This document shows, piece after piece, positions 24,593 through 37,916 of a stretch of 64,000 nucleotides of DNA; the stretch's first letter is position 1; the number at the start of each line of letters is the position of its first letter. This stretch comes from Hydrolagus colliei. Taxonomy: Eukaryota. Under the pieces are notes generated by a model. The model was not told the DNA's origin, did not search any database, and saw only the letters and a list, made by a program, of their open reading frames with translations. Where the stretch lies: positions 11,284,001 to 11,348,000 of the forward strand of contig CM068748.1 of the NCBI GenBank assembly GCA_035084275.1, given 5' to 3'. The position numbers were made by a program, and so were the translations under genes.

Positions 24593-25265
24593 AACAACAA
24601 CAACAACAACTTTGATTTATATAGCGCCCTCCACGCCGGACGGCATCTCAGAGCACTTTACAACAGCGGATCCCGGGACCGAGCCAGGGGCAGGGTGAGA
24701 AAGGTGACCAAAAGCGCGGTCGAAGAGAAGTCTGTGACCTGAAACTAGGAAGAGAGGGGGCAAGGCGAAGGGAGTGAGAAAGGCAGTTCCAGAGCCTCAG
24801 GGCGTAGTGGCTGAAGGCACAGCCGGGACTGATCCGGTGGAGAGAGACTGGTTGATGATATCAGCCAGCAGTGGGCAGAGGAGGGGGAGCTGGGTGAGCA
24901 GTAGGTTAGTGGGGATGGGATCAAGGCAGCAGGTTGTTGGCCTCATAGAGGTGAGAGTGCATGAGAGAGAGGAAGGAGAGACGGGGGAGAAGGAGTGTAG
25001 GAAGGGGGTTGAGGTAGGAGCTGAAGATGGGGGGGGGGGGGGGGGGAGGTGAGGGGAATGGGGTGTGGATGGTAGTGGGTGATGAGAGGCTGGAGGATGA
25101 TGTTGCCTGGTGGATATTGTTGATCTTGGAAGAACAGAAGTCCATGACCTCCTCGCACTTCGCATTTGAAGTGAAGATTGAGGAAGCCTGAGGGGGTGAT
25201 GGAGGTGGTGGAAAAGAGGACTTTAGGGTTGTTGTTTGCCTCCAGGATGATGTTGGTTAAATGCA
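24593..25265 (-). mobile_element. L2 LINE copy with internal deletion of the RT domain; tail reads (CAA)n on the + strand
   Basis: Minus-strand NNNPKVLFST and TTCCLDPIPTNLL...PLLADIINQSLSTGSVP are joined directly to AFSHYA..LWN and the 3' UTR. Confidence 0.8.
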
Positions 25266-28003
25266 CACAGTATATCAGAACAAATTATTCCGTACAGCAT
25301 TCTATAATTTCACATTGCAGCTTCTCAGAGGAGTTTGAGGGTTTCCTAAAGTGATTTATTTAGAATTTCTTCCAGGAGGCATTAATGGGTATCCACCATG
25401 ACCATTTTTCTATCACAACACCTCAGTTGTAAACCGTACCCCTCATTGATTACCTACCTATTGGGTAAATAAATACTTCCTGGTTGGTTTTTTATGACAT
25501 GTTAAACACAAACCATTGCACATTCTCAATGACAAAAAAAGTAAGAATTGCAATGGTTGTGTTGACCAATGATTGAACTTTGTTAATAATCATAATCCTT
25601 GCACTTTTTATAGTGACTTATCACGTCTTCTAGACATCTCAGAGTGCTTCACAAAATATGCTGTAAAGCGAATTGATTGTATATTGTGTGGGTGAAAAAT
25701 ATAAAACGACAAACCAACACTTTGCGAATCACTAAATGAAGTTCCTTGAATAAGGCCTTTAGGGAATTATATTCTATATTGTACTGCTTCTACTATGATA
25801 TCATATATTGGTGAGTTTTATGTTCCTTTGACAATGTACAGTGAATTATCTTTTCATATATTCACTTGAAAGACATAAATGCAATTGAAAAATTATTATG
25901 CTTTGTAATATGATATTTGGTGCCTAGCCTCATCTCAGTGTCCTTGTAACACGTTATAAATCACCGTCAGATTCCATGAACAGCAGTCCAGTAAAAATAC
26001 AGCTGTCAGTTTGCTTTTTGTTTCTAATTTAAAAAAGGTATTGCATCTAATGGGGGATGTACAACTCGTTGTTCAGGAGTAATTGCAGACATGAACATAC
26101 CGGAATACAGGGAAAATGTTCCTTTCACTTCCTTTACAAATGTTATCCGTGTGTTGCAATAGAGTACATTTAGATGCAAGAGAAACAATTAGTAAAATCA
26201 CTTGACGGTATCAAAGCCATTTGGTGTTTAAATATTCTGCCATTCACAGTGGTGTTAGAGGGCTGCTCATGTTTGGTGGTGTTTAAATAAACCACCAAAA
26301 ATCTTGTGTTGAACGTAAGTACTTGGATGTAAAAGTGCATCATGCAGTAGGATGGTAGTAGTTACTATAAAGTACATGTTCACCTCAGACATTAGATATC
26401 ATTAGTGCTGCCGGAACTTTCCCAGCTGTTCAATACTATACAAATGACCTGTGCTTACATACGTACAGTATTCTTTGGCACTGGATGTAATTAATTTGAG
26501 GGGGCTCCCAAAACGTTTGCCTTTTGCACTACAGACATTGCCTTCTGCGTAGAGGAGATGACTGTAGTGCCTTAATTATTAACAGAAACTACTCCATGTA
26601 CAATACTGGAATGGAACAATCTACTGAATTCAGTGTGCTGTGAAAATATTGTCAAAATAATGTTCTCAGGATGCGGTTGCTCTGGGAAGTGAAAGAAACA
26701 GAAGTTCTTTATTCGCAGCTGACTTTATACTGAAAGATAAGGTCAGATTGTAAGCATTTCTTTCATTACCCTGGTCCATGGTATGCCACTGGGAGGAGCA
26801 CAGTCATTGCGTATTGTGTTTGGCAGCTGACCCACTGCCATGAATGAGTTGGAGGAGCGGTGAGGAACTGAGAAAACAGGTTTGTAAGGTGGAGGCTGAC
26901 TGAACCGTGCACTTTGTGTTTAACATAGTGTTTTTGGTCACTGAATGAAACATAGGAATAATGTAGCAGTGAATGACTTTGCAATTTCAGCGAATTGTAA
27001 GTACTGTACTGTAGATAGAACCTTGGGGCTATTTTAAAGCTTGTTTCCAGATAAAAATAGAACAATGCAGCCGGATCTCTGTCATTTAAGCCAAGTTATA
27101 CCTGTGTTTGTGTTCAAAGTTTTAAAGCAGTACTCACCAACACATGAAGTCTAGAAATCTAGACCTGGGGCACAAGACTAAACAGGGGAAGCAAAAATAA
27201 GAAGTTTAGAGAGGGAGGAGGGGGAGATTGGGCAGCACATTGCCCAGAGGATGAGAAAAATGTGACATAAACTAGATATTGAAACTTGAAAATAATTTTA
27301 TAGCACAAATGAAATGGATGCTGAGTTGTTAGAGGATGAGATGATTGTGCATGAATTGTTTTGGGAATTCGGTTGGGTTGGCGGTATTGACCAATGGCCA
27401 ACTTTTGCTTTAAAGCTATTACTTTGGAGTGGACGTTGCATTGTGATGTATTAATCAGTCAGTTATCTCAACAATGAAAATTCCACCCAATGACAACTAA
27501 AAAATATTGTCTGGTGTGAGCTACCCCCTCTGTACTCCCCCTTCCCTCCTCTGCACTTGTGATACCTCTTCCACTGGGCTTGTTACAGCATCCCTTGTGG
27601 TGTCTATCATTTAATAATCAGATTGATTATAATTGTAATATTGATTGCAATCATGGCCTTGGCGTGTCTTCCCAACATGGAAGGCGCTATACAAATGTAG
27701 TTTGTTGTTGTTGTAAGATCGGCGATTTAATTTGAAGGATCTTTGATCACTTTGCTGGGTAGCTTCTTTAAAATTTATTAACCTCTTGGGAAATAATGTT
27801 TTGAAGGTAGAATTATAGAGCACAATAGAAAATTGAGGAATGTCACATGGATTGGCCAAGACTAAGGCCCTGTTAATGCGTGGACGTCTGACCATTCTCG
27901 ACTGCACCATGTGTTACTTCATGTTTGAGAAAGGAATGTGGACTGTAGCTTAAATCTACATGAAGCACATTTGATTGTTTTGACTGAATTGTGTCTTTTT
28001 CAG

Positions 28004-28198
28004 TGATGGTCATCTGAACCACCTGACCATGGACACAGAGTCTGAGATGGACAGCACAGAGCAGCTGGCACTAGGAAGCACTGATACTCTGGCCAATGGC
28101 AATAAGAGCGATCTGGAAGCTGCTAAACGGTTGGCAAGGCGACTCTATAACTTAGATGGATTTAAGAAATCAGATGTGGCCCGTCACCTAGGAAAGAA
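28004..28198 (+). CDS. PSD: PSD exon (195 nt), DGHLNH...LEAAKRLARRLYNLDGFKKSDVARHLGK, start of Sec7, phase 2 to 2
   Basis: tctttttcag| and GAA|gtgagt; near-identical to recalled PSD. Missed by the ORF track. Confidence 0.96.
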
Positions 28199-28499
28199 GT
28201 GAGTGAGTGCTACAGGAAGCTCTGCATTCTGTATCAAGACAGAATGGGGTTGTGGGAACCCACCCATTTCTTCTTTTGAGAAAGATGGGAACTGTTTCAC
28301 CATTCTCTGCAAAACAAAATCGCTCCACTCTAGTAATAATCCTTGTACTGTATTTGATATAATGCCTTACATGTCAGGGAGGAATTCTCAAAATACTGTA
28401 CATTACGTGACTTACTGCGAAGTGTGATGACTGTGTGTATGCAAATGCAGCAGCCAAACAAACCACAAATCAAATGTCCAACTTTATCTGTGGCAGTAT

Positions 28500-28546
28500 A
28501 AATGCTGCCTGACCTGCCGAGTTTTCGCAGCTCTCTCTATTTTTGT
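28500..28546 (+). mobile_element. Short Penelope-terminal fragment with a 17-bp target-site duplication, nested in a DeuSINE-like remnant
   Basis: TTTATCTGTGGCAGTAT at 28483-28499 and 28547-28563; insert atgctgcctgacctgccgag resembles 58942-58965. Confidence 0.7.
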
Positions 28547-28904
28547 TTTATCTGTGGCAGTATTGGTCAGGACACAGGGAGAAACTCCCTTCTCATTTCA
28601 AATAGTCCAGCTTTGAGATGTCTTAATGATGTGGTAAGGTACTATACCAAATGCAAGGATTACTATTATTATTGATGGACAGCAACTAACTGCCCAGAAA
28701 GCTATTCCTTACACTCCTGAGCCATCAGAGGGTGCTAGTGTACACATGTTCTAAATAAATATGAAATTATTTTCATTCTTCTTCCCTTTGTTTCTCTCTT
28801 GCCTTTCTAACTTCTCTTTCGTTTATTATGTGTTTTTTAAGGATTGATGTTGTTTTCATTATTCCGTTCTAGTTTTATTATCTATTCTAAAAATATCTTC
28901 ATTA

Positions 28905-29125
28905 TCATAGAAGCATAAAATTAAATGTCACAGAAGGAGGCCATTCGGCCCATTGTGTCTGTGCCAGTTCTTTGAAAAGAGCTATCCAAATCAATCCCAC
29001 TCCCCCACTCTCTCCACACAGACCTGTAAATCTGTCCTCCCCAAATAATTATCTACTTCTCTTTTAAAAATTAGTATTGAATCGGCTTCCACCAACCTTT
29101 CAGGCAATGCATTCCAAATCCGAAC
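28905..29125 (-). mobile_element. CR1 LINE 3' end
   Basis: cacagaaggaggccattcggccc is the reverse of the CR1 terminal gggccgaatggcctccttctgtg; gcttccaccaacctttcaggcaatgcattcca reads WNALPERLVEA on the minus strand. Confidence 0.8.
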
Positions 29126-29538
29126 ACTTTTGTTTCTTTTAACAACTATCTTAGGTATTTTCCTCTGAATAGTTGCTCTTTGATGAGATGCTGCACCTAA
29201 TATAATATTATCTTATTCGCTATATAGATAGCATTTCTCTCACATGTTGTCTTCTCTCTAATTTATTTTACTTTTTTTTCACTCCTTCATATTGGTATTT
29301 CTTTCTATTTATTTTTATTTCTCACTTTCCTCTATTTGTTTCATCCTTCAAACTTTGCAATAATCGTACCATTCATTCTGCCTAACTGTTAGTCGGTTAC
29401 TGTTTCTCATTTTTTCTCGCTGGTGCCTTATTCTCTCTCATCGATTTTCTGTCTCTCATACTTTTCTCTCTTACTGTCTCTCTCTGTATCTTACTGTGTC
29501 TTGTTGCCTCTTGCGTTACTCTCTTTCTGTCCTTGCAG

Positions 29539-29619
29539 TAATGACTTCAGTAAGATGGTGGCAGAGGAATATCTGAGATTTTTCGACTTCACAGGAATGA
29601 GTTTGGATCAAGCTCTCCG
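29539..29619 (+). CDS. PSD: PSD Sec7 exon (81 nt), NDFSKMVAEEYLRFFDFTGMSLDQAL, phase 2 to 2
   Basis: ccttgcag| and CCG|gtaagt. Confidence 0.96.
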
Positions 29620-30159
29620 GTAAGTAAGTAAAGTCACTGAGTTCACATTTCGACTTTTTGACCTGAAAGGTTCAATGTACAGAAGCATTTTAAATACAGT
29701 TACTGAAGTGCTGTTGGTGCACTTAATGGAGAGCATGCTCAACACACAAAAAGTGTAGCTAAAAATAGCAAAATATGAAATGAAATGTCTCCTTGAATCA
29801 AATTGTAGGAGAATGTCATTGGCAACTTGTGGAAGGAACGCTTCGCCTTGGGACATCCTCCCAATGTGAAAGACTCTATACAAATGTAATTTTGTATTGT
29901 ATTGCATTGTATAACTGAAAGCAACTACTGTATAAGAATAAGAATAAAAATACCACTAATCCTTGTATGTGAAAAAGCACCTTATCGCATGGTTGAAGTA
30001 AATTGTGAGGAATGGGGCAAAAATGGGGACATTTAATATCTTGGCTGTGACTTTTATGGTAAATATTCATTTATTAATATTGGATGCAAAATAATGTGTG
30101 CATTGTCTGTATAGCTTTACTGTTGCTATCATAATGACTTCTATTTGATTTATCTGATT

Positions 30160-30535
30160 GCAACATTGCCCAACTCCACAATTACCTCACCCCTCAGGCC
30201 TCTGAAACTTTTAATTCATGCCTTCATCATGTCCAGGCTCAATTATGCCAAAGTCCTGCTTCTCAGCCTTTCCAACTCTTCACTCCATAGGCTGTAGAGC
30301 ATCCAGAACTCTGCAGCCCATGTCCTCTACCACACCAAGCTCCTTGACCTCATCTCCCCCATTCTTGTCTGACTCCATTGACTCCCCATCACCCAGAGGA
30401 TTCAATTCAAGATCCTGGTCCTCACCTATAAAGCCCTCCATGGCCTTGCCCCACTCTACCTCTGCAACCTTCTAAAACACTGACTGTCCAGCACCTTGGG
30501 GTGTCCTCCCGACATGAAAGGTGCTATACGAATGT
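30160..30535 (+). mobile_element. L2 LINE fragment
   Basis: catgccttcatcatgtccaggctcaattat (HAFIMSRLNY), cagaggattcaattcaagatcctg (QRIQFKIL), L2 tail. Confidence 0.8.
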
Positions 30536-30663
30536 TTACATATTACGCTTTACTGTGTTGTTTGCTGCATCTTTTGTTTCAATGCTGACAATATATGCTC
30601 CTGTTTTTAAACCAAATAAGGAATATATACTCCCAAGTAGCCAAGATCAAGACCAAATCTTAA

Positions 30664-30927
<264 letters not shown>

Positions 30928-31188
30928 TAACTGCTGTCCCCAAGGCAGCTCAGCTAAGGACATAAACAGTTCAATAATTGAAAGTAGCAAAAAGACCAAA
31001 CTAAAGAAAAACATCATGCTTTATATAGTCATGGATCGAAATAGTATATCAACTTTTTTTTTAATGTGATTTACAATGGATCTTAAGTATGACCTCAATG
31101 GGTTACAGTATTTAATTTCAACTTTTCCAAAGTGATAGCTAATTTCCAAATGGGCCTTCATTGGGTTTATTTCCACAACCTAATTTGA

Positions 31189-31407
<219 letters not shown>

Positions 31408-32671
31408 TGAAATGTCCTAATTGATCAACTGGTTCATGAGTTTACCAAGTTAATAGAATTTAGGAGATCTGGGGTGAAGCAGTCCCACTGTGGGGGGGGA
31501 GTAACACTATGGATGCCTATTAAATAAAATACAACACAGTGACCCTTCCTTGAAAAGGTTATTACTTCCGAAGATTAATCCTGCTCATGTGCTCATGGAC
31601 TGCCTAATGTTGCATGTACTGTGGGATGGGCTTGAAGACAGTAACGGTTGGTTGAACTGTAAATAATGGTTTGTGGTTCGAAATTGGAGGGTAATTGTAC
31701 CCAAATGAACTTCTAACAAAAAGCACTTTTAATTATTAAGTAATTACAATTACAATTATTCATAAGGTTTCTGCAAAGGAAGAACATGTTGTGCTCTCTT
31801 TAATTCTGTACATATAATACAAATCATTCCCTTCCTGAATTGGAAAGTCAGTGATAGCTGCAGGTGAATTGAAATAGACTGCGGTATATGACTGCAAGAC
31901 TATGTTTCCTGGGACCATCCTGTACAGTTAGCACAGTGACCTTGCTGGTATTGAGTAAATTGGGAACAGTTTTGCCTCTGGGTCAGATTACTGCACTTCC
32001 ACATCCCAGGTCAGGAGTTGAGCCCATTGTCTGGGTTAAAAGCCTTTTGCAGTGCTGAGAGCGAGTATTGTATTGTTGGAGACAGACAAGACATTAAACT
32101 GAGGTTCAGTCTGCCTTTCAGATTATGATCTTTAACTAATTAAAATAAATATTATCATACTTACATTTGAAATATCACCTTTCACTTCGAGGAAACATCT
32201 CAAAGTGCTTCAAAAGAAGTACATGTACTCCAAAATTGTAATGACTATGTATGTTGTAGGTAAATGTTGTACTGTATTTGGAAAGAGAAGAGAGTTTGAT
32301 GCAGATTGGTTACTGACATTATGCTTTTTGTGGGGCTAGATGTGAGACATTTAGCTCTTGCAATTGGCGACAAAAACTAAACTTTACAGTACAGTAATTG
32401 TCTGCTCAAAGCTTGAGACGTTCAACATATCAGACACTGTATCATACACAAGGATTGCTATATTACTGTAAAAAGAAGCATTCAGTCAAAGTCTGTGCGT
32501 TGCTGTTTTGGGGACAATAGTCATAGGAACGTTTGTGTTACTGCAGATTGCAGTGATGCTGCACACAGCATTTCAGCACTGATCCACACATATGTGGAAT
32601 GACTTAAAATTTGAAGCCACATTTTTAAGTATCAAAAAACGTCCAAATGTTGTGGTGCTTTTAATCACTAA

Positions 32672-32875
<204 letters not shown>

Positions 32876-35800
32876 TAATTCTCCCTCAAGATTTTTTTTT
32901 TTTAAAAAGTCCAATTACCGACATACAGTAATGACATCAGAAACTAGAAGCAAACTGAGTTGAGAGATTTGAGCAGTATTGTTGTTACCAATTGTAATGT
33001 CCGCCTCCAGCATTCAGAGTATGTTATTAGACTGCTGATTTACCAGGTGTTCCACTCTGCTTTCCTAAATGTGTTGGTTCTAAATGGAAAGCTACAATTA
33101 GATCTCTTAGCACTAGAAGCAAGCGTAAGATCAGCAGAGACCTAGGACAAGCTTATTATGAAGCGCTCCGAGACTTTGTTCGGCATGAAGAGAGTTGTGT
33201 AAATGCAAGTTGTTGTTGTTGTTGTTGTTATTTCCTCTTTTTAAAAAAGGAGATCTGCCCTTATTATAGGGGTGCTGCCCCTACCTGCCCTTTCATCTCT
33301 TGTAAAGAAACAACTGGCTTTTGTTGGCTACTTTTATGCAGTATCGGAGCTGGTTTTTGGCCACCAATCATGATGCTACATGTTGGTAGGCCCAGCCTGG
33401 CACCGTAGCCCACCAACATTGTACTTTATAAGTAGGCATGATGTTCTAATGTCTTTTGTTCCTTCAAATATTTCATGGGTTGCATTAAAGAAGTTGTTTT
33501 GTGGCAAAGCATTGTTAAATTGAAACACACCGTATGTCCTTGAGGACAGGAGAGGATGGAGGGGGTGAATCATGTTGTTGCCAACCACATGTCACAGGTT
33601 TGTGTAATGGAGAATTTGGACTGCATCATGGCTGAGCTAATAATGATAAAACAAAAGAATTGCTGTCTGCTTAATTGCCTTTTAGCAAACAAACGGCGGC
33701 CAAAAATAAATGAACAAATCCCATTTGTGCTCCCAGATGTATTATGTGTCCTCTAAACAAGATTGCTGTTCACAAGATGTGCCAGGTTCCCAGAGGACTT
33801 CCAAAAGACTGTTAGCATTATGAAGAACAGTATCATGAATCCTATGTTTGTGTGTGACTGCTACATTATGGAATTGGTAGATGTCAGAGTTTTAACATCA
33901 AAATATATTACTGTATTATATTGTATAACAATAGGAAAATTCCATATATCACCTAGGAAAGGATCTGTGCAAATCAGTTATGAGTAGAGAAGCACAAATC
34001 TTGATCGATTAGCTTCTAATAAATCAGACAATATTCCCCATTCCAGTGAGTTTTTAACAGTGAGGTTTGTCTTCAGTTCAAACATAACTAGTGGGATGAT
34101 GTACAAGATGATCTCTCCAATTCTATTTCTGAATACAGGCTGCTTGTTTAGATAGACAGGTTTAGGCCTAATACTACTACAAGTAATCAATCTGAATCTG
34201 TCCTTGATTGATTCTGTTCAGTAAATTGTATCTGTGCTTGAACTTTCATTCCTTAAGGATTGCACCATTTCTTATAATGATCTCTAAACTATTCAGTCCC
34301 AATAATTGGCTTTGGATACAAAGACCAGTTATGATGGAAATAATTATTTAAGATTTTGTTTTGCATCATTCATTGACCTTCAACAGATTATTGTATAGAC
34401 ATTATTGTGCAGCTGCAATAGAGGGAGAATCCAAGTGTTTCCAAATGTTATTCATTGTCCATCTTATTGGGAGAAGAGGAAGAAATCTAGGTGTCTGAAT
34501 TGCATCAGGTAAAGTGAACCAAAGCAATGTTGGAGGGAAGAGTTTATAATAATTGATTTTGGGGCCACTGTTCATGGGGGACACCTCATGATTGACCCAT
34601 TCAACGTTTGGTGACAAATTGTAGTCCAATGTGGACTTTCCACCAATCTAGACACTGACGTAACGTGAGCACAAATGACACTTACAGCTCCGGAACAGTG
34701 GTGGTAATTAAAGGGAGAACATCGTCTGCTGTGCTGTGGGCTATCCCTTAAGGCTGTGAGCTTGTTTTTGTGCCATTGTTCAATGAAGAAAGCTAATATT
34801 AGCATGCCACTCCCTTATTCTCCCATAGCTCTGCCCAGAGGTGGCCTCCTGCATGGTGTACAGTGATGGTTCGTACACTAATAGACGAGAATCGAATCCC
34901 TGATGGGACTCATCTTTTCTTGTTTTGCAAAGGTAGTATTTTACTTCAAATAAGAGCGCACTCGGTGGGCTGATGGTGTAAAGCAAGCAAAAATCAATAG
35001 ATGAGCTTGAAAACTTTCTGTATTAGTAGGAACAGCAGACATGTTTTTATGACTCATTTGCGTTTCATTCAGGGCAACCAGAAATAGGGTAAATGATTAA
35101 CCTATTATGTATGTTCCAGAGACCACTGTATATATTTGCTCACTCTCTGAGATGTAATGAAATGCTGTCTGATTTTTCCAGAGCTGGTATCTTGCTCTAC
35201 AGCTGGTCATAGTTTATCGTGCCACTGATTAAGCCACATACTGTGGAGAACTGCATTGCGCAAAACAATGTTTCCATTGGAAGCAACCCTCTCTCCACTA
35301 CCTCCCTGAGATCATTTTCAATATTGACACCTGTTGAATGTTGACTTGGAAAATTTTAGTTTTGGATGTCAGGTCTGCCTTTGGTCAACAAAATTGTCAA
35401 AAACGAAACATAAAGCTGCAAACCCACTAAACGTCTGCAAATCCAAGTGCATGAGCTGATTTCACAGACCTTTGGATTGAGAATATTCATGTGATGCTTT
35501 TTGTAATGATAATCTTTGCATTAATATAGTGCCTTATCATGTTGCTGAGATATCTCAAAGTACTTCACAGAATTTACTGAAAAGGGTTGTTACTGCATAT
35601 TTTAATAATCATAATACTTATAATTATTAAGTATTTTGTGGAAGGTGGTCCAGTATTTTTGAAACACTGTGACCTTCTGAGACAGACAGTAGAACCGGGA
35701 ATGCAGTGCTAAGGCAACAACATTGCCTTATTTCTACTTCAGTGCTGTCATTGAAGTCGAGGCTGGCTTTGGTGTAGCGGTTTTGGTGAGAGCATGGCAT

Positions 35801-36507
35801 TTATTTCTCTGTGTTGTATAACAACAACTTGCATTTATACAGTGCACTTGGCATAGGGTAGCATCCTGGAGCACTATCCCGCGTGAATAACAAAACTATG
35901 TGCGACTTATTAAAAACTATACAAAACGATATGCGGCTCTAGAAATGTAATTTTGTTGTGTTGTTGTTATTGAGGTTCAGTGGAATACACCCCCATGTTT
36001 CTCTATTGCACATAGTGCCTTTGAGGTCCTGACAGTGTGTGAAGCACCAAAGCACAATTGACATTCATTTAATGTGACACTGCAACTTTAAGAATGCGGC
36101 CGGCCACAAGTATCACTGAATAAGACCTGGCAGAGATTCAGCGCATCTCGATGCAGCACTCACTACTCTTCCCTGTTCAGAAGCAACAAGCTGCTCTGAT
36201 GATTTGCTGAACTAGGAGAGCATGTTAATTGCATTCCTGTCGACATCACTGCAGCAGGTTGCTATTGGTTGTCACAAAGAATAAAAATGTTCGAGGCAGT
36301 GCCCCTCAGAGGGTGACTGGAGCTGGAGCACTAGTACTGGTTTGCAAGGAAGGAGTGGGGGGGGTGTCCAGCATTACTGAGGTGCAAACCGATCCATTCT
36401 TTGGTATACCAGTGCAGGAGTATCTGTCATTTTTTATCCTGTTAGCTCAGGAGCTAGATTTGAAATTTTAAGAGTCAGAAATTGTTTTTTTTCAAAAAAA
36501 AGAAAAG

Positions 36508-36663
36508 ATGATTGGAGTGAATAGTGTACAGTCCACCGGGCATTTGCGCTCACACTTACGTTCAGTGTCGAGTGTACGATATAGTGTGGATTCGGTTCGA
36601 TACGGCCTGCCACAACGACCAAGATCTCTGAGGCCAGTTGTAAAACTCCAGAATAAACAGAAG
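36508..36663 (+). CDS. PSD: Alternative first coding exon of the short Sec7-less isoform (EFA6As-type), MIGVNSVQSTGHLRS...KLQNKQK, phase 0
   Basis: aaagATG, 52 open codons, consensus donor AAG|gtaaga in phase with exon 38446. The peptide resembles the recalled mammalian short-isoform N-terminus MIGVNSIHSS...SVRYG...PQRSRSLKPV. Confidence 0.85.
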
Positions 36664-36680
36664 GTAAGATCCCGAGCAGA

Positions 36681-36800
36681 ATAATGATTCTTGCATTTGA
36701 TGGAGCGCCTTATCACGTCCTCGAGACGTCTCAAAGCACTTCACAGAATATGCTGGAAAGTGAGTTGACTGTATATTTTGTAGGCAAAATATGCAACTCA
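36681..36800 (-). mobile_element. SINE 3' part
   Basis: Reverse complement of the SINE tail (cttgcatttga...agcgccttatcacgtcc...aaagcacttcacagaata). Confidence 0.8.
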
Positions 36801-37349
36801 CACGTACAGCTCCTCCTTTTCTTTATTTTCTTCATTTGTAACCTGTCCTGCTGTCTTTGATTCTAAATCTATATTTGGCAATCAAAATAGTCTCTTATTT
36901 CTTTTTGTTACATCGGCTAGAAGTTGAATGGGTAAACTCTTATCATACTGTGATTTTGAATTTGGTGCATTGCAGTATGAAGTTTGAATTATATTTTGTT
37001 TCCTTTCTTCGGTTGTATTAATTGCTACAGAAATATCATCACAGTAACAAGGGACATGTTGAATGCAGGATGCTGCCTATCAGCTACAATGTTGTAATTT
37101 CATCACTGGCATTTAATCGTTGGGTTCAGTGGATCTTGTGTGGAGTACTAGAACAAAGCCCAGTCGTTTGTATGTTGTCTGAACTCTGGTAGTCAGTGCT
37201 GGTGACAGGTTCACTCTCAGCACTATGATGTTTATATCCGAGATTTTATCGGAAGTAAAACATCTTCCTCAGTACAGCATGATGTAGTGTTTATCCAGGA
37301 GCTGCAGAGTTAGGTTAAAGTAATGTGGATTATTTAACATGGATCATAT

Positions 37350-37582
37350 AATAATAATCCATTTTGATATAGCGCTTTTCACATCGTATTGACATCTCAA
37401 AGTGCTTCACAGAATATACTGTAAAGTGAATTGACGTATATTTGTGGACGAAACACGGCAGCCAATTGCTTACAGCAGTCTCCCACAAACAGTCGTGGAT
37501 TGAAATGACCAATTTATTATTATTGTGGGGTTTTTTGGAGGGATTATTATTAGGTGTGTGGAGTAAGGAAACTTGCCCAAGG
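37350..37582 (-). mobile_element. SINE, 5'-truncated
   Basis: Reverse complement of the 15004-family body (cccacaaacagtcgtggattgaaatgacc; aaggaaacttgcccaagg). Confidence 0.85.
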
Positions 37583-37779
37583 TCAGGATTGATGATTGTA
37601 GCTGAGCATCTGAAAGTTACAAGGATTTAAGGATTTTCTTGTGCTTTGTATGTCTGGAACTACATTCTATTTAATCATTAAAATATATAAAGAAAGTTAT
37701 CCCCAGGATTGTGTTATGAGAGTTAATTAAAAATGGAGATATCATCCTGTGAAGTTCAGTAGATTTATTGTCATATGCA

Positions 37780-37916
37780 AAAACTCAAAATGCTGCAGAT
37801 GCTGGCAATCTGAAACAAAACCAGAAATCGCTGGGAACACTCAGCAAGTCAGGCAGCATCTATGGAGAAAGGAAAGTGAGTCAATGTTTCGGGTCCACGA
37901 CCCTTCGCCAGTTCTG
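37780..37916 (-). mobile_element. Penelope-like element terminal repeat fragment with a hammerhead-like motif
   Basis: Reverse complement of 58885-59015; minus strand reads CTGGCGA-AGGGTC-GTG-GACCC-GAAAC. Confidence 0.7.

Noticed and set aside
36136-36162. REST/RE1-like site upstream of the short-isoform exon (ttcagcgc...gcagcac)
   Set aside because: Only the left half-site is partly matched; the GGACAG half is absent
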